A stretch of 64,000 bases of DNA from Octopus bimaculoides. Its lineage: Eukaryota. The notes under the pieces were generated by a model. The model did not search any database and had not been told where the DNA came from. It saw nothing but the letters and a program-made list of their open reading frames with translations. Of this stretch, positions 40,091 through 52,916 are shown in pieces. The position numbers and the translations under genes are program-made. Positions within the stretch are counted from its first letter, which is position 1. Each line of letters starts with the position of its first letter. The stretch is taken from positions 753,419 through 817,418 of the forward strand of contig NC_069007.1 in the NCBI RefSeq assembly GCF_001194135.2, read 5' to 3'.

Positions 40091-41244
40091 AAACATTTTT
40101 ATTTAACAAATCGACTTTATATACGATATCAAAGCTCCAACATACATCATATATAAATAAATATTACTATGCCTTTCATAATATATGAATCAAAATATAA
40201 AATATATAAGACATACAAAGCCACAAAGGTAAAAGTATATATGCGAACAAAACAGGAATAGGAACGTCCCATAAAAAAAAAACGACTAAAAATTTATAAA
40301 ATACTTTAAAATACTAAAAACATTGAGAAAGTGGGTAAACAAATAAAGAATAAATCGGCAAAAAGTTATATATACTTTACTCAGACCAAAAGGTAATAAT
40401 CCATAAGCTAAAATCCATGGGTAATTTTTTTTTTTTTTTTTTTNNNNNNNNNNTTTTTTTTTTTTTTTTTTGTCAAATCCCAAAATACGTCCATACAGAA
40501 TATAATAGTTCAAGAGTAAGGATTCACCAATTAACACTAAACACATCATCTATGGCCATTTCGGGAGCCAATCACGTTAGTTATATTGCAATTTATGTAT
40601 ATCACAGCAATGGCCTCATTATCAGAATGAAAAGAGAGACAGGACACATATATTAGACCAGAACCACAATATTATACCACAAGCCTACTTTATATACTTA
40701 GGAAAAAAAAAAAAGACGTTGACTATTTCTAATAAAGCTAAATACGCCGGGTTCAAATCCATGTAAGGTCAAACTTCATTTTCTACTACATCTATTTATT
40801 ATTTTTTCGATACACCCTCAGAAAAGTGGAAGAGAACCTGTGATTGCAAAAGAAGATCACTTCAGCAAATTTATTTAACGTTTTGGACTAGAAGGACCTT
40901 AGGATAGCAAAGGATTCCTTCACACACAGTTTATATTTATTAATATTAACCTCAGAGTTTGGAGCCCTGGAAATAATATACCATCCCAAGGAGTGTCTTT
41001 TACTATTTCTCTTTAGAAGATGTATGTAAGATACTAGCGTCGTTGAGTTACGGTATCTTTCATTAGAAAACGAACTCGTGCGGTTCCTATACCTCGTCTT
41101 TAAATTTAATGTACTACCTATCTAACACTTATCCGAACCATTCTTCTCTTCCTACAATTTCAGAAATTAACAGATCCATCCTTAATTCTATTATTAATAC
41201 TAACACTATCTAATTTATATATATATATATCTATAAATAATGCT

Positions 41245-41631
41245 TGTCGTCACTTAAACATGGCTGGTCCCCAGGAACCGAGGTTACTGTTGTATTTAAC
41301 ACCAAGAGGACGCCTCCCCCTGTTGGTTATTTGATACACTCTGCATCTAATTAATATTGTAAGGGGGGTAGTGAACCCTTACCATCTTCTAGCCACGAGA
41401 CTGGACTTTATCTTTCCGACCTCTTTGAGATCATCCTCGGTGGTGGATGCTCGTTGAAACAGTACGGTCTGGTAGTTTCGAGGCTAGATTGTAAGGGTTC
41501 ACTCCGTTGCTTGCAATATATATTGGATACAGAGTGCTTTGAATAACCAAGAGAAGGGGGAGGTGTCCTACTTTGGTTAAAAATAGCAGTGACGTTGGTT
41601 CCCACGGAACAGCCATGTCTAAGTGGCGATA
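41245..41631. repeat. Long imperfect inverted repeat (fold-back or MITE-like hairpin)
   Basis: Left arm 41245-41402 aligns to the reverse complement of 41474-41631 along its whole length (shared blocks ACATGGCTG, GGAACC, CCTCCCCCT, TGGTTATT, CACTCTG, AGTGAACCCTTAC). 71-nt spacer. Confidence 0.92.
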
Positions 41632-41767
41632 AAAATTACTCCTCAGTATAGCTACTGCTTTCGTCTCTTATTGAGATTTTGCATGTCATATTCTGCACGT
41701 TATATATATATATATATATCTGTACAACTATGTGTGTGAATCTCGCTCTCTCTGTATATATACGTAT

Positions 41768-41798
<31 letters not shown>

Positions 41799-42098
41799 NN
41801 NNNNNNNNNNNNNNNNNNNNNNNNNNNNNNNNNNNNNNNNNNNNNNNNNNNNNNNNNNNNNNNNNNNNNNNNNNNNNNNNNNNNNNNNNNNNNNNNNNNN
41901 NNNNNNNNNNNNNNNNNNNNNNNNNNNNNNNNNNNNNNNNNNNNNNNNNNNNNNNNNNNNNNNNNNNNNNNNNNNNNNNNNNNNNNNNNNNNNNNNNNNN
42001 NNNNNNNNNNNNNNNNNNNNNNNNNNNNNNNNNNNNNNNNNNNNNNNNNNNNNNNNNNNNNNNNNNNNNNNNNNNNNNNNNNNNNNNNNNNNNNNNNN

Positions 42099-42143
<45 letters not shown>

Positions 42144-42149
42144 CACATA

Positions 42150-42197
<48 letters not shown>

Positions 42198-43201
42198 CAC
42201 TCACACACTCATATATGGGTTTTGTGTGTGTACATGTGCGTATGTGTTTGGAACGATTGTTGGCTGTATGCTGTTATCATTAATCGATAGATAACCCCCA
42301 CCATCACACGTATACCATATACCAGCCATTTTACTGTCCTTCGCGTTTAATTGGAATTATAGCAATAGACACGAAGTATACACCGAACATTATTCCCGCC
42401 AAAGTCACCTCACCCATCCACTTTACACGCAGCCACCACCACCACCCTGCTACGCGTACAGGTACACACCCACATTATAATCTTTGCTATGATATGACTG
42501 CTGTTCGCAGGCGTCAGATCCATTCCGCAACACTTTGAACAAGTATTTTTTTTCTTTTCTCCCATTGCCTCAGGTTAACTTAATTCTGGAATAAGAAATA
42601 GGAATGACAGAACCTCTCTCCGTGCCTGTGCGTTCGTGTGTGTGATCCGTGTGTAATGTGACTGTGCTGATGTGTGGTGTCTTTTGGTGGGAATATGTTA
42701 CCTGTATACTTTATTTGTACGTTTGATTAGATAATCATTTGTTGTTAGTTTACCGCCACACCGTTAATTTGTGGCGGGTGGATTCTTATGCGTGAAATTG
42801 AAGCTAACGGGTAGATCTCCAAACTGTCCGTCAAACGGTGATAAATGGCACAGATACCATTCTCTAAGAACAGTTCAGTGCTTTAGGACCTATTGTACAA
42901 AATGTTCGTGCATAAAACTTCAACTGTGGCGCTCAGGCCAGGAACCCCTTTTATTACATCCATAATCAAAATCGAAATTTGTTTCAACAACAACAACTGC
43001 AACAACAACATCAACGATGGGAACGCAACAGAAAGTTGAGTTGTCACAAAAGGCCTGCCATTTCGTGACGGTATCGATTTTGCTGTCAGACGGTTTCGAA
43101 ACCTATGCTCTCCAATCGGCAGTGATAAAGCGCAACGTCCCATACGGAAAACTTTATTTCACACTCTCGTACAGAGACACACACGCACACATTAATACAC
43201 T

Positions 43202-43510
43202 GGAGGCGCAATGGCCCAGTGGTTAGGGCAGAGCAATGGCCCAATGGTTAGGGCAGCGCAATGGCCCAGTGGTTAGGGAAGCGGACTCGCGGTCATAGGA
43301 TCGTGGTTTCGATTCCCAGACCGAGCGTTGTGTGTGTTTATTGAGAGAAAACACCTAAAGCTCCATGAGGCTCCGGCAGGGGATGGTAGCGAACCCTGCT
43401 GTACTCTTTCACCACAACTTTCTCTCACTCTTACTTCCTGTTTCTGTTGTGCCTGTAATTCAAAGGGTCAGCCTTGTCACACTGTGTCACGCTGAATGTC
43501 CCCGAGAACT
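43202..43510 (+). mobile_element. tRNA(Arg)-like SINE (family C) with triplicated A-box, 3'-truncated
   Basis: GGAGGC + 3x GCAATGGCCCA(G/A)TGGTTAGGG(C/A)AG(A/C), then GGACTCGCGGTCATAGGATCGTGGTTTCGATTCCC (anticodon-like TCG, B-box 43304-43316), then GTGTGTTTATTGAGAGAAAACACC. Stops at GAGAACTA, where family A begins. Confidence 0.85.
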
Positions 43511-43521
43511 AAAAAAAATAG

Positions 43522-43760
43522 AAAGCGGTGAGGAGCTGGCAGAAACGTTAGCACGCCAGAGGGCGAAATGCTTAGCGGTATTTCGTCTGCCGCTACGTTC
43601 TGAGTTCAAATTCCGCCGAGGTCGACTTTGCCTTTCATCCTTTCGGGGTCGATTAAATAAGTACCAGTTACGCACTGGGGTCGGTATAATCGACTTAATC
43701 CGTTTGTCTGTCCTTGTTTGTCCCCTCTGTGTATAGCCCCTTGTGGGCAACAAAGAAATA
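43522..43760 (+). mobile_element. SINE family A, full-length, young, alternative tail
   Basis: A-box TGGCAGAAACG, B-box GAGTTCAAATTCC, core GAGGTCGACTTTGCCTTTCATCCTTTCGGGGTCG..ACTGGGGTCG, tail TGTCCTTGTTTGTCCCC..GGGCAACAAAGAAATA. Confidence 0.95.
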
Positions 43761-44044
43761 GCACACATTAATACATACATACATACTCACACACATAGAC
43801 ACACATGTAGTCTTCCGTCCATTCCTGATAGATATGAAATGCAGGAAACCTCGATACTCTAATTGATAGCATACTCGGGAGTATTTAGTCGTTGTCGACA
43901 TCCAGTACCAGAAAACTACTGAACAAAATATTAATTGAAAGTCAATGTTGAAAAACAATTATCAAATACTTTTACTCCAAGATGAACTTAGCTATTCATC
44001 TCTTCCACAAATCAATGAGCAAAAATATGTCTTTCGCCCTGCCA

Positions 44045-44133
44045 GAAATACCAGCCAAATTTCCTTCAAATCCTGTTTGTTTACCTTCCAGCTAAGAGAT
44101 ACACATTGTATAATATAGTCCTAGATACACTAT
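44045..44133 (+). repeat. Dispersed repeat family D fragment
   Basis: AAATACCAGCCAAAT..CACATTGTATAATATAGTCCTAGATACACT recurs at 58030-58059 (CACATTGGATGATGCAGTCCTAGATACACT) and 58143-58175 (AGATAGCAGCCAAATCT). Confidence 0.65.
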
Positions 44134-45724
44134 GCACATGTAATGGAATTATCTGAGAATGTGAGTCGCTCTCCGTTTCGCATTCATTTTTACTTACTCA
44201 GTCCTGTTCTTTCTCTTCTTTTCTCACACCTTAAACTCGCCGTCTCATTTTTCGTGTCTTTCGCTCTCTCGTTCTTTCGTATTGGCTCTCTTCCTCCCCC
44301 CTCCCTATCATTTCTTATCTTACACTTTCTCCCCCACATTTAACACTCTCCTCCCACGTCTCTCTACCGTTTCTCGTTTTTATTATTCTTCAATTGTAAT
44401 CTTTGTATCTGTCCGTACCCGCCACCAAGCCCTTCCTCTGCATTTCGTTCTATATTACTCACTCATTCAGAGTCTATCGCTCGTAGTCTCTTTCTCCCCG
44501 ACTTACAAGCTTTGTCTCACTTTCTTTCTATATCTCTCAACGTTCTCTCTCATTCCTCGTCTATCATTTCCGCATGCAAACCAACACACACACACAACAC
44601 GCGCGCTCTCATTCTATTTACGACTTCAGCGTCGTTGAAATCGAACGTTCTCGTTAGATTCCTGTGTTTCAAGCACATCTCAATCTTTCAACGCACTCTC
44701 GGAAGTACAAGGTTGCTTTTAGCATTTATTGCTCTTCAAATGAAACCAAGAATTTTAACTTTCCATTATTTACCAGTTAATTTTCCGTTAAATTATGCAT
44801 TTAATTCACCATTCCATCTGCTGTTTTTGGTTCTCTACAAAGAATGCTGCGAAACAAGTGGAAATTGAATTAATCTTGTGACAGTGCAAACTTAGAAGTA
44901 TGCTACTTCAGAATCGCTCTGAAATATTTATGAGGTTTCACAAATTACGATAACATGTAAATTCTTCGCAAATAGATTCAACATATAAAGTTCGTAGATT
45001 CTCCAAGGCACTAAAAATGCTACAATGTAATCACTTCCATTGCTAGAAATAGCTCACAAAATTACATTCTCCCAAGCGAAATCAATAAAACATGAAGTCA
45101 TTTAATGTAAATATTAGAAAATGTGGAATAAATTTTAAGTTTTGAGACACAGAACTCTTAACGGTTTGCAGAATTTTCCTTTATCAAGGAGAGATGAAAT
45201 ATTCACTGGTACTCCGCTAACTTAGTGATACCTAGGCTCAAATAGACGGGATGCTCATGTCTGGAAAGGCTTTTTATTGTATGTTTAGAGAATAGGGATG
45301 ACTTGTGGCTAAATTCGTTGTATTTGTATGTTTTAGTTCTTCATCAGAATTTTCGGGACTGTGGCCAGGCCACGACATCGCTTTTGATATAATATATCAC
45401 ATTAAATGGAAAACTTTCGTTGCCTCAGTAGCTTTTCCACTTCTCGAGCTGAACTGTGATCAATCCCATTCTGTATTCAGGCGTAGGCTATCCTAGTCTA
45501 TAGTACACCACTATATCGTTCTTAGGTTAAAGTTTGGATCTATATTTCTTTTTAGGGGTGTTGGGTACGAAGCGTGCATACATGTGTATGTGTGCATCTG
45601 CAGATGTGTGTAGAAGTGTGCATAGTATTTATGCATATATGTGTATATACATGTATACATAAATATGGGTACGTCTGGCTGCATATATATGCATAGGTAT
45701 ATACGGGTGTCTGTACCTATGTTG

Positions 45725-45791
<67 letters not shown>

Positions 45792-47010
45792 CACATACAT
45801 ATGTGCGTGTGTGTACATGCACATAAATAAATTTTTATAATTTTATTCATACTTTATAAATGAATATTTTAATCTTTAATTAACTAAATTTACCTTATTT
45901 GTATTTAACTTCCCTCGTTTATCTCTTCTTTATTTCTTTTCATTTTATTTATCTACTCTTCTTTATCTCTAATCAACTTGTAAACCCCTCGCACGAGGAT
46001 AACAATATAGATAATAAACCGTAATATTTAATCTGCTGAAATGGATTATAAGCCCACATATAACATCCCAAGATAAATATTTTTTTCCACTGATGAAACT
46101 ATTACAAATGTCATATAAATGTAAATTTAATGTACAATTTTCTAATTAAATTATTGACTATTAATTGAAACGGTTGTAAGAAGCGAAGATGGCCAATTTG
46201 TTTTTAATAATAAACAATTATTAACTTCCTAATTTCCGTTTTGTTTTCAACGTTTAACTAGATATAAACCATATGTTTTATATATAATCATTATTGTAAG
46301 GGAATTTCATTCCCCCAAATACTTGGTATTGAACCAGTATTTCCTTGGATGCAATCATCCCTTCCCGAGGTTAATATATAGTGGAATTAATTGAAATTTA
46401 ATAAACTTAATTTAATATATATATGTATGTATGTATGCATGCATGCATTTATAAGCGTGTGTGTATAGAATATTACATTGTTAGCTTTACTGAAAGCTTC
46501 CTTACATAAGCCAAAAATAAGCCAAAAACGACTTGTTCAGAGGTCTCGAGGTATTATTCACATGTCAATTCCACAATGATATCACAATAAGTCTTTCCTT
46601 AAACAAGGGCGATAATGAAGGAATGAAAAACAATTGAGGAATTTGAAACAAAGAATGAAGAAAATATTTTATATTCATTTCTTATTCAAAAGTGAATCGT
46701 GATTTATTTCTCTTCCACTATCAATTAAATCTTGCTCTATCTTTGATCAATCTCCATGTTGAGCAGACGTTGTTTACTTCAGCGAATCAATGCTTGCGTT
46801 TCAGATATTGGTGCAGCCATAAATAAGCATACAGCCGCAACATTTTGGATAAACGCTCTGAGTGACACGAATACTTGTGTTCTACAGGATATGTTGAATT
46901 CTGTTTCCAGGAAGTACAAATCAAAATACATACATACGTTTACGTGTATGAGTATGTGTATGGGGAGAGAGAGAGCGCGCGCGACAGAGAGAGAGAGAGA
47001 GAGAGAGATC

Positions 47011-47167
47011 AATAATCTTTTCTATTCTAGGCACAAGGCTCGAAATTTTGGGGGAGAGGGCTAATCATCAGATCGACCTCTATACGCTGCTGGTATTTAA
47101 TTTATCGACCTCGAAAGGATGAAAGGCAAAGTTGACCTCGGCGGAATTTGAACTCAGAACGTAACGG
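47011..47167 (-). mobile_element. SINE family A, 5'-truncated
   Basis: AATAATCTTTTCTATTCTAGGCACAAGGCTCGAAATTTTGGGGGAG..ATCGACCTCGAAAGGATGAAAGGCAAAGTTGACCTCGGCGGAATTTGAACTCAGAACG. Confidence 0.92.
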
Positions 47168-47599
47168 CATCATTCTCTTCACCTTTCGATAAACACAAGG
47201 AATACCTTTCAGCTTGCATCCCGTTAAGAACGGCAAAGTGGGAAGCCTGCCAACTGAATCATCCGGATTTTCCTAGGCGTTCTCTGTAGTTTTCAACAAG
47301 TCAGTGGTTTACAATGTATGGTTTGTAAGAAATTTTAGCGACTGCTGAAAAGTAGAAGGCTTTCACAGAAGAATTACTCCTCATGCATGTGTTTCATGCG
47401 TTAATTCCCTGCACTCTAAGGGGGATGGGCTAAGTCTAGGGCATAACTTCTAGATACCCCTCATTTCCCACCTTCTGTGCAACTATCTGCATTATTAACC
47501 ACCTGGAGGGTTAAGTTCCCCCAGAGCAGAGCTACTTTAGGTGATATAATCGATTTGGTGTCAGTATATCGGCTGATTGTCGACTAAATTATGATAGAT

Positions 47600-47830
47600 G
47601 CAGGTCTACTCAGATGCTTCTATCATTAAGAGAGGGTGTCCTCTTTCTCACAGAAATTGAAAACTGCTTCGTGAAATCATATTTGCTCGCAAATGCTTTG
47701 GCTCCAGCCAATATGTCGAGGAATTTTGTGGTTTGGAAACCAGATTCTCTCAATCTAAGGACTTCACTGCTATATTTTTTCAGTCTTGTAGATGTGGGGT
47801 TCCTCCAATCAGCTCCTATACCGCACAATC
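47600..47830 (-). mobile_element. Possible hAT (Tip100/ZMYM1-like) transposase relic
   Basis: ORF-track peptide LRLRESGFQTTKFLDILAGAKAFASKYDFTKQFSISVRKR fits the hAT C-terminal pattern R..GF......AK..A.......F...R.RK. An upstream frame gives DCAV*ELI. Confidence 0.45.
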
Positions 47831-47869
47831 TCTTTAATCAGAATCACTTGTTTTGATGTGTGCATGCTT

Positions 47870-48074
47870 ATATATACACACACATATATATATATATATA
47901 TATACATACATATATACATACATACATACATATATATACATACATACATACATATATATATACATACATATATACATACATACATATATACATACATACA
48001 TATATATACATACATATGTATACATACATATATATACATACATATGTATACATACATATATATACATACATATG

Positions 48075-48105
<31 letters not shown>
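47870..48105. repeat. Compound (TA)/(CATA) microsatellite with higher-order unit, running into a gap
   Basis: ATATATATACATACATATGTATACATAC-type unit repeated about 3 times at 48000-48090. Representative of dozens of (TA)n, (CA)n, (GA)n and (GATA)n arrays across the window. Confidence 0.9.
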
Positions 48106-49190
48106 NNNNNNNNNNNNNNNNNNNNNNNNNNNNNNNNNNNNNNNNNNNNNNNNNNNNNNNNNNNNNNNNNNNNNNNNNNNNNNNNNNNNNNNNNNNNNNN
48201 NNNNNNNNNNNNNNNNNNNNNNNNNNNNNNNNNNNNNNNNNNNNNNNNNNNNNNNNNNNNNNNNNNNNNNNNNNNNNNNNNNNNNNNNNNNNNATATATA
48301 TAGGCGTATGTGTATGTATGTGTCTGCATTTGCATTTGCATGTATATTTGTATATAAGCATTTGGGCACACACATGTATGTAATATGCGTATGAGAAAGA
48401 AACGATGTACTTTCTCATGAATGTGTGTGTTTGTGTGTGTTTGTGTGTTTCTTTTGCCTTGTTCTTCATTATTTCCTAATTCACCATTGAAAAATAAAAT
48501 GAATTTATCAAACAGACTTTGACTCTAGTTTGTTAATGTCAACCACTCAAGGCAGTCATTGTTTCTCTACTTTAGATTGAATTAACAAAATAAACATCTA
48601 CAACAACCATCACCGCTACCACCACCACCACCACCTCCACCACACCAACAAAAACAACAACACCATTTAAAACAAAAATTTAGAGAAAACTCGCATTATT
48701 AAGTCGTTATTTGTTTCTTTATCTCCAATTTTTTTTTATTTAATTATTTTTTTAATTCTATTATTTCTTCTTAACCTAACAAGCACGGTTTCTAATGTTT
48801 TTCGTATTTCTAAACTTTACAAATGTTTTTTAATTGCTTCTAAGATTCGTCAAAGACATGAATTGGCCACACATTATATATAAGAAAATACATCTGTCCT
48901 AGGAAGAATAATAAACGTCTTTTTTCGTTTTGCTCTTAATAATTATTCTTCTGGGTGGATCTTAGTGCTAACAGAGTGAAGGAAGCTTATCCTCTTCGCA
49001 GTTACTGACAACCGTCTTGCTTTGAATTATGCGGTGTCTTGGTCATTCATCTCAGCAACTCTGTCTGTCTGTCGACATAGGTACACAGAAACATAGAAGC
49101 TACCTTAAATGTGCATATATTTACATGTATATGTGTGTGTGGATGTCAGTGAAGATGAGTATGTGTGTGCGTGTGCGTGCGTGTTCGTGT

Positions 49191-49405
49191 GAAGACGCAT
49201 GGCCTAGTGGCAAGGGTGTTGCACTCATGATCACGAGGTCGTGGTTTCTAAACCAGGTGGTGCGCTGTGTTCTAGAGCGAACACACTTCCTCTCACGTTG
49301 CGCTACGATCACTTCCATACCTGACACACCTAGCACCTGTTCAGAGAACGTCGATTAGATGGAGAGAGGCCGCTCATATGCGGCACATTTGATGATTAAA
49401 AATGA
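49191..49405 (+). mobile_element. tRNA-derived SINE (family C-like), decayed
   Basis: A-box TGGCCTAGTGG (49200-49210), degenerate B-box GGTTTCTAAACC, then GTGTTCTAGAGCGAACACACTT, similar to the 43330-43360 segment. Confidence 0.7.
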
Positions 49406-50076
49406 ATTATTTCCGCAGGTTATTTGACAAAACGTTCTACTCTCTTCTACTCACTTACATTTGATGTATCACAAAAATGATGAAACATCGATGTCCATTG
49501 CTTCTGAACGGCGCGAATTGTCTCGCCTGTCTATAAATGACATTCACGTGTCTTAACACCTGGCGCTTTCTGACAGAAACCTCCAACGCCTAGAATTGCA
49601 GCCGACGGACTAGCAAAATGCATACATTATGTAGGTGTGTTCGATATATTTTAGAAAATATGCAATGTGAAGAAACAAAAGATCTGGTAATTCAATCCGC
49701 AAACAATGTAACTTTTAGTTAGCTTCCATCGCCACTTCAGACTTTCTCCAACAGGCTTTACCTACACACGCATGTTTTAACGTTTTTCTGCCTGCATCCG
49801 GAGATTTTCTTTGAATTCATTAATTTAGACATATATATTTTTAATATATTTATTTAAAAAGTCTCTATTTGTATATTTTTAATCTATCGTGTACAATTGT
49901 CCTTTAAACCCATCTCTAATCGGAGTCATGGTTTCAGATTGAATTAGCAGGTCTTTTTTTCTTCTTCACATTACGTGTTGATATCTTTCGTATCAAGTTA
50001 CTGTTGAGCACTTCTAAGTTCAACCCTCTACATTGTGAGAGAATTTCTTGTCAATCTTCTTTCTCAGAAATATTAC

Positions 50077-50111
<35 letters not shown>

Positions 50112-50113
<2 letters not shown>

Positions 50114-50282
50114 TTTCTACTATATGTACAAAGCCTGGAATGTGAGGGGTGACGAGTCTATCACATCGACCCCATTATTCAACTGGTACTTATTTTATCG
50201 ACTCCGAAAAGATGAACGGGAAAATGGAACGAGGCGGAATTTGAACTCAAAACAGAGATGGACGAAATCCCAATAGGTATTT
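50112..50282 (-). mobile_element. SINE family A, truncated by gap
   Basis: CTTTCTACTAT..ACATCGACCCCATTATTCAACTGGTACTTATTTTATCGACTCCGAAAAGATGAA..GGCGGAATTTGAACTCAAAAC..GGACGAAAT. Confidence 0.85.
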
Positions 50283-50794
50283 NNNNNNNNNNNNNNNNNN
50301 NNNNNNNNNNNNNNNNNNNNNNNNNNNNNNNNNNNNNNNNNNNNNNNNNNNNNNNNNNNNNNNNNNNNNNNNNNNNNNNNNNNNNNNNNNNNNNNNNNNN
50401 NNNNNNNNNNNNNNNNNNNNNNNNNNNNNNNNNNNNNNNNNNNNNNNNNNNNNNNNNNNNNNNNNNNNNNNNNNNNNNNNNNNNNNNNNNNNNNNNNNNN
50501 NNNNNNNNNNNNNNNNNNNNNNNNNNNNNNNNNNATATATTTGTGTGTGTCTGTGTGTACGTAGATATTAATATGTTTGAATTTTATTGTTACAATGGTC
50601 TAAGTTATGAGAACTGTGCTATTCAACGTGAGCACTAACCTTAAAGGTTTCAATCAAATGTTTATATCGATCTCAACACTTCAACGAATACTCACTTAAT
50701 CGTCACTATCAATTGAGATAGCTTTAGGGAGTTACATCCGGTTTTTGGACAAAAAATCATATATACATACATACAAACACACACACTCACAAAA

Positions 50795-50826
<32 letters not shown>

Positions 50827-51671
50827 GAATATATATATATATATATATGTGTGTGTATATATATATATATTTATACAAAAATCACACAATTATGTATGTG
50901 TATAAATTTATATACACATACGCAGATATATTATATACAGCAAGTACTTATATGTGTGTATACGCTTTGTATGTTTTACAATGTGTTTATGTAAGTAGAA
51001 TCAAGTACAATTTCCCTGAGTTATATATTCTGAACTACTGCCAATTTCCATTCCACAGACAAAATGTTAGAGGAAAGATCCTTGACACTGTTAGGAAAAT
51101 CATGAATTCTTAACTGGAGCTGTCACTTCTCGAGAAAGTCTTCACACTAAACTCTTCATAATTGGTATGACAACTGTTATATCAAGTATGATACGACGTT
51201 ATCTGTTTATGCAGGAGTGTGCTTCTGTACACGCGTATATACATATGTCTATCTATCTATCTATCTATCTTGCTATTTATCTATATTTCTATGTGTAACG
51301 AAGATGACTTGTGGCTGCAAATTTTTAGATTCATTGCTGTATTGCGACATATGTTTCTGCATCCCATACGTTTATTTGTAAGAATATTTTCGCATCCATA
51401 GGATTTTATCAAATAATATTTATAATATTTATGAATCTTGAACATGCCTCTATTCCTAAAAGGATATATATATATATATATATACATACAGGCTACGGTG
51501 AATGAACCGTTGTCTAAATTACACAAAAATAAAATAACAATGACATCTCATTATAACAAATATATATACTATTTACCAAAATTACATTAAAATATCTTAG
51601 TGCACATGCTAAGGAGTGGCGGAGGTCAATCTGTACCTAGCAGCTTTAGCTTCGTTACTATGACCACAATC

Positions 51672-51696
51672 CGGTCGGTCGGTCGGTCGGTCGGTC

Positions 51697-51699
<3 letters not shown>
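51672..51699. repeat. (CGGT)7 CpG-containing tetranucleotide microsatellite
   Basis: Direct reading; fused to (GT)n and a gap. Confidence 0.95.
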
Positions 51700-51740
<41 letters not shown>

Positions 51741-52550
51741 NNNNNNNNNNNNNNNNNNNNNNNNNNNNNNNNNNNNNNNNNNNNNNNNNNNNNNNNNNNN
51801 NNNNNNNNNNNNNNNNNNNNNNNNNNNNNNNNNNNNNNNNNNNNNNNNNNNNNNNNNNNNNNNNNNNNNNNNNNNNNNNNNNNNNNNNNNNNNNNNNNNN
51901 NNNNNNNNNNNNNNNNNNNNNNNNNNNNNNNNNNNNNNNNNNNNNNNNNNNNNNNNNNNNNNNNNNNNNNNNNNNNNNNNNNNNNNNNNNNNNNNNNNNN
52001 NNNNNNNNNNNNNNNNNNNNNNNNNNNNNNNNNNNNNNNNNNNNNNNNNNNNNNNNNNNNNNNNNNNNNNNNNNNNNNNNNNNNNNNNNNNNNNNNNNNN
52101 NNNNNNNNNNNNNNNNNNNNNNNNNNNNNNNNNNNNNNNNNNNNNNNNNNNNNNNNNNNNNNNNNNNNNNNNNNNNNNNNNNNNNNNNNNNNNNNNNNNN
52201 NNNNNNNNNNNNNNNNNNNNNNNNNNNNNNNNNNNNNNNNNNNNNNNNACACACACACACACACACACACACACAGAATCTTCTTGAGTAAATTTGATAT
52301 AAAAAACATTATCGATAGAGAACTCATGTCTCACAAAAAAAAGATGAACCAAAATGAACTGGATGTTGAAAAAAGAAAAAAAATTGAAAAAACGGAAAGA
52401 AGAAAATGGCGGGGAAGAGAATAAATGTAAGAAAAAAAACATAACTAAATCTGTTATTTGAAATTACTTAAAATTTGAAAGAAGAAACGAAGGGCAAATA
52501 AACCGAAAGTATAACAACATTGAAGATCAACCGATTGTTTATTTGTTTTG

Positions 52551-52589
<39 letters not shown>

Positions 52590-52882
52590 TATTATTATTA
52601 TTATCAACATTGCTATTATTATTATTGGTATTACTTTTGTTGTTGTTTTTAGTACTTTGCTGTTCCTCATCGAATTATTTATTTTTGTTGTTGTTGTTAT
52701 TAGCCTTAATAATATTGGGATTATCTCTTTTTTGTTTTTATTTTATTTCGTTTTTAAGATTTCCTAAATTCCATTATTGGAACTGTCAAAATAAAATTGA
52801 TCACAATAAATCCTTTATTTGTGATAGGCAGAACGAACAATAAAGCTATTAATAATGGTAGTAGTAGCGATCATGACAATGC

Positions 52883-52916
<34 letters not shown>

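Noticed and set aside
43258-43335. tRNA-Arg-like sequence
   Set aside because: It continues into a SINE body and lacks a pairing acceptor stem and terminator, so it is a SINE head rather than a tRNA gene.
43365-43736. 123-aa ORF and related peptides ..FKFRRGRLCLSSF.. (also 2290-2487, 23664-23870, 28961-29185)
   Set aside because: They are translations of SINE family A.
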